A stretch of DNA of 64,000 nucleotides from an uncultured Spirochaetota bacterium (GTDB lineage: Bacteria; Spirochaetota; Brevinematia; Brevinematales; JAOACQ01). The notes under the pieces were generated by a model. That model was not told the DNA's origin, searched no databases, and worked only from the letters and a program-made list of their open reading frames with translations. Position 1 is the stretch's first letter, and every line of letters begins with the position of its first letter. A program made the translations under genes and the position numbers. This document shows positions 61,657 through 64,000 of the stretch, in pieces. The stretch spans positions 384,001 to 448,000 of the forward strand of contig CAWAOD010000009.1 in assembly GCA_963783575.1 (NCBI GenBank), written 5' to 3'.

Positions 61657-64000
61657 TTATGATACCGTATCCACAATATCATTCGGCTGGTTGCTAATAA
61701 CAGTTCCTATATTTGTATTATTATTACCGCTGTATTCATACAACCCTCCGCCATTAATCCCTGCGCCATTATTGCTTATAATGCCCAAGTTTGTATTATA
61801 TGTTGATCCCAAATCCATAAATACCCCGCCGCCATTAACTTCGGCGAAATTATTCGTGATATAAGTCAGGGAAGAAATCGTGTTAAAACTGCTGCTATTC
61901 ATATAGATCCCGCCGCCGTTTCCGTTTGTGGCATAATTGATATAGACAGCGCCGTTTATTGAGTTGAAAGCACATTTCGACAATTCCATACCGCCGCCGT
62001 ACTTTGCTATATTCAGGTAAACAGGCCCGTCAATAAAGCTGTTTGTGGTCGATTCCATAAATATACCGCCGCCACTTCCTGCAGACTGGTCAAACACCTG
62101 GTTGCTGAATATTGTTGCCGAAATCGAGTTGTTATTCCCATAGACCATATCTATACCGGCACCACCGTTAGTGGCCACATTATTATAGATTACTCCGGCA
62201 AACTGGCTGTTATTGCACCCGGTCGCATATATTCCGCCGCCGTAATTGGCAGCTATGTTGCCGTTAAATAATACGTTAATACTGATCCCATTTTCCGAGT
62301 TGAGGAAAACACCTGCGCCTAAATTTGTCGCATAATTATTAGATACGATTCCGAAAAGGAAATTGTTCGTACCGAATTCCATCCTTACACCGCCGCCTTG
62401 CCCGGCCATATTATTAAAAATAGAGGCGTTTATTGTGCAGTTTGTAGAGCCTATCATTTCAACTCCGCCTCCGGAAAGCGAAACGTTTCTTTCTATTGAA
62501 GCAAATACTGCATCGCCCGATTCGCCGCCGATATACAAACCGCCGCCGTTTGAGTAACCGGTGTTATTCATTAAGAAACCGTTTATAAAATTAGCCTTAC
62601 CATTGATAAGAAACAATCCGCCGCCTGATGAAGCTGCGTTGTTTGTTATATAGCAGTTTATAATGTTAGAACCGCCGCCAACCAGAACCATTCCGCCGCC
62701 TTCGCCCGGAATATTCGAGTTTATTATTGGAATGGTTGTGTTATTTGCTGCATTGCTGACAATGTAAACTAATACGGAAAAATTATTACTCGAGCAGTTT
62801 ACCATGAAGACCCCTCCGCCTATAGTTGCGGTATTGTTGCTGACAAACATATATCCGAATGTGGAATTTCTTACATTGGTCATTAAGATTCCGCCGCCGC
62901 AAAAGTCTGCTATGTTAGCTGAAAGTGATTTATATGCATTCCCTCCGCGTATGGTAAAATTATTCATATTTAAGTTGCTGATGTTTCCGGCATATATTAC
63001 ATGCTGATTGCTATTCAGACCGTCCAGTTCGCTGAAAGCGACAGGGGAAGTATAGACCGAGTCCCATCCGCCGGAAATATTAATGCCGCTGAGATTGATG
63101 TTTACGCCGTTGGAGCCGGAGGACAGCCCGCTGCCAGGTGTGTATACACCCATCTGCAGGAATATGTTTGTTATTCCCAGTGAGGAAGCCTTGGATAAAG
63201 CCGTTTGAATGGTTAAAATCGGCGCTAACGGAGTAGTTCCGCTGTTTGTGTCATTCCCGATCGGACTAGGGGCAACATATATAGCGGTAACACCTGCCGA
63301 TGAGGACGATGATGAAGAGGACGAAGATGACGAAGAGCTGGAAGATGAAGAAGGAATATGAGCCGCCGCGTCAGCCAGTACGGCATCGATCTTATTATCA
63401 TTTGAATTAAAACGGTAAAGATCATAATTACCATTTCCGAACCGGGTTGAAGCAAAATAAATTTTCCTTGAAGAATAATCAATAAAAGGTTCGGCATCAT
63501 CAAAATCGGAACCAAGATTAACCGGTTTATAAACAAAATTAGAAAGACTGATAAAAAGTTGATGTTTTCCGTTTGAATAAATAGAATCTACAATATGATT
63601 ATATCTATCTATAGAATCCAAAGAATAAAAAACATTTTGCCCTGGGGTGTTTGTGTTTGAGAACCAGCCTACGTCCCAAATATATAACAAACAATTGGTG
63701 CTTCCAGTGGATACAATCAGGGGACTCTGATAATTCGTGTGATCATCCAGTGATATCTGTGTGGCATTCACAGAAACCGAAGAAATTAGGCCCCCGATGG
63801 AATGATTACTTGGATTATAAAGGTATGTATAAATATTTGTCGATGTCGAATTATACCTGATGAAAGAAATGAACGCGGTTGAAGAATTTGTATTGAAAAT
63901 AACGGGAGAAATCTCGTTATCGGATGTATTTACAGGTGTGCCCAGATTCGCGGGGGCAGTAAAAGTCTCATCGCTGTTCATATCGGCGTAATAAATGTCA
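61657..64000 (-). CDS. Large surface protein: PD40-like repeats, poly-Ser linker, right-handed beta-helix (GGG/N-rich repeats); 5' end outside window
   Basis: NLGTPVNT.DNE.SP and IYFASTR..GNYDLY motifs; YVAP.GND..G...P..TIQ.AL; repeated NNxAxxGGG; the frame is open to the window edge. Confidence 0.8.
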   Translation of the reverse strand, partial: DIYYADMNSDETFTAPANLGTPVNTSDNEISPVIFNTNSSTAFISFIRYNSTSTNIYTYLYNPSNHSIGGLISSVSVNATQISLDDHTNYQSPLIVSTGSTNCLLYIWDVGWFSNTNTPGQNVFYSLDSIDRYNHIVDSIYSNGKHQLFISLSNFVYKPVNLGSDFDDAEPFIDYSSRKIYFASTRFGNGNYDLYRFNSNDNKIDAVLADAAAHIPSSSSSSSSSSSSSSSSSSAGVTAIYVAPSPIGNDTNSGTTPLAPILTIQTALSKASSLGITNIFLQMGVYTPGSGLSSGSNGVNINLSGINISGGWDSVYTSPVAFSELDGLNSNQHVIYAGNISNLNMNNFTIRGGNAYKSLSANIADFCGGGILMTNVRNSTFGYMFVSNNTATIGGGVFMVNCSSNNFSVLVYIVSNAANNTTIPIINSNIPGEGGGMVLVGGGSNIINCYITNNAASSGGGLFLINGKANFINGFLMNNTGYSNGGGLYIGGESGDAVFASIERNVSLSGGGVEMIGSTNCTINASIFNNMAGQGGGVRMEFGTNNFLFGIVSNNYATNLGAGVFLNSENGISINVLFNGNIAANYGGGIYATGCNNSQFAGVIYNNVATNGGAGIDMVYGNNNSISATIFSNQVFDQSAGSGGGIFMESTTNSFIDGPVYLNIAKYGGGMELSKCAFNSINGAVYINYATNGNGGGIYMNSSSFNTISSLTYITNNFAEVNGGGVFMDLGSTYNTNLGIISNNGAGINGGGLYEYSGNNNTNIGTVISNQPNDIVDTVS

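Noticed and set aside
1..64000. rRNA or tRNA genes
   Set aside because: No rRNA-like stretch or cloverleaf was recognised by eye; tRNAscan-SE or Infernal would be needed to exclude them.

Overview
Bacterial chromosomal window, most likely from a spirochaete. This is inferred from the long N-terminally extended GreA, the BspA-type LRR lipoprotein and Leptospira/Treponema-style long attC-like repeats. It has two parts. (1) Positions 1 to ~19.9 kb are a degraded, IS-riddled integron-like gene-cassette array. Plus-strand cassettes are separated by unusually long attC-like sites (161 bp and ~226 bp, plus half-sites). No integrase lies in the window; if present it should be upstream of position 1. 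Cargo includes SRPBCC proteins, an EVE protein, an HNH nuclease fused to four DnaJ-like Zn-finger repeats, rifampin ADP-ribosyltransferase (arr), a serine hydrolase and an alpha/beta hydrolase. The two intact cassettes carry cassette-specific 21-25 bp terminal inverted repeats that extend the R boxes. An IS1182-family element has inserted twice at the same attC position. IS21, IS110, IS481 and a second IS1182 element or remnants are also present. (2) Positions ~19.9-64 kb are mostly housekeeping and signalling genes: cysS, a degenerate transketolase-like pair with an atypical histidine kinase, a MocR cluster, GGDEF and PilZ genes, purB, greA, metG, rnfCD, and a CHASE2 cyclase/FecR/beta-barrel/beta-helix cluster. 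This part also holds a 21-bp tandem repeat and a REP-carrying MITE. Frameshifts in cysS, purB and greA suggest indel errors in the assembly, so single-indel pseudogene calls are uncertain. All family assignments come from motif recognition by eye; no database search was run.
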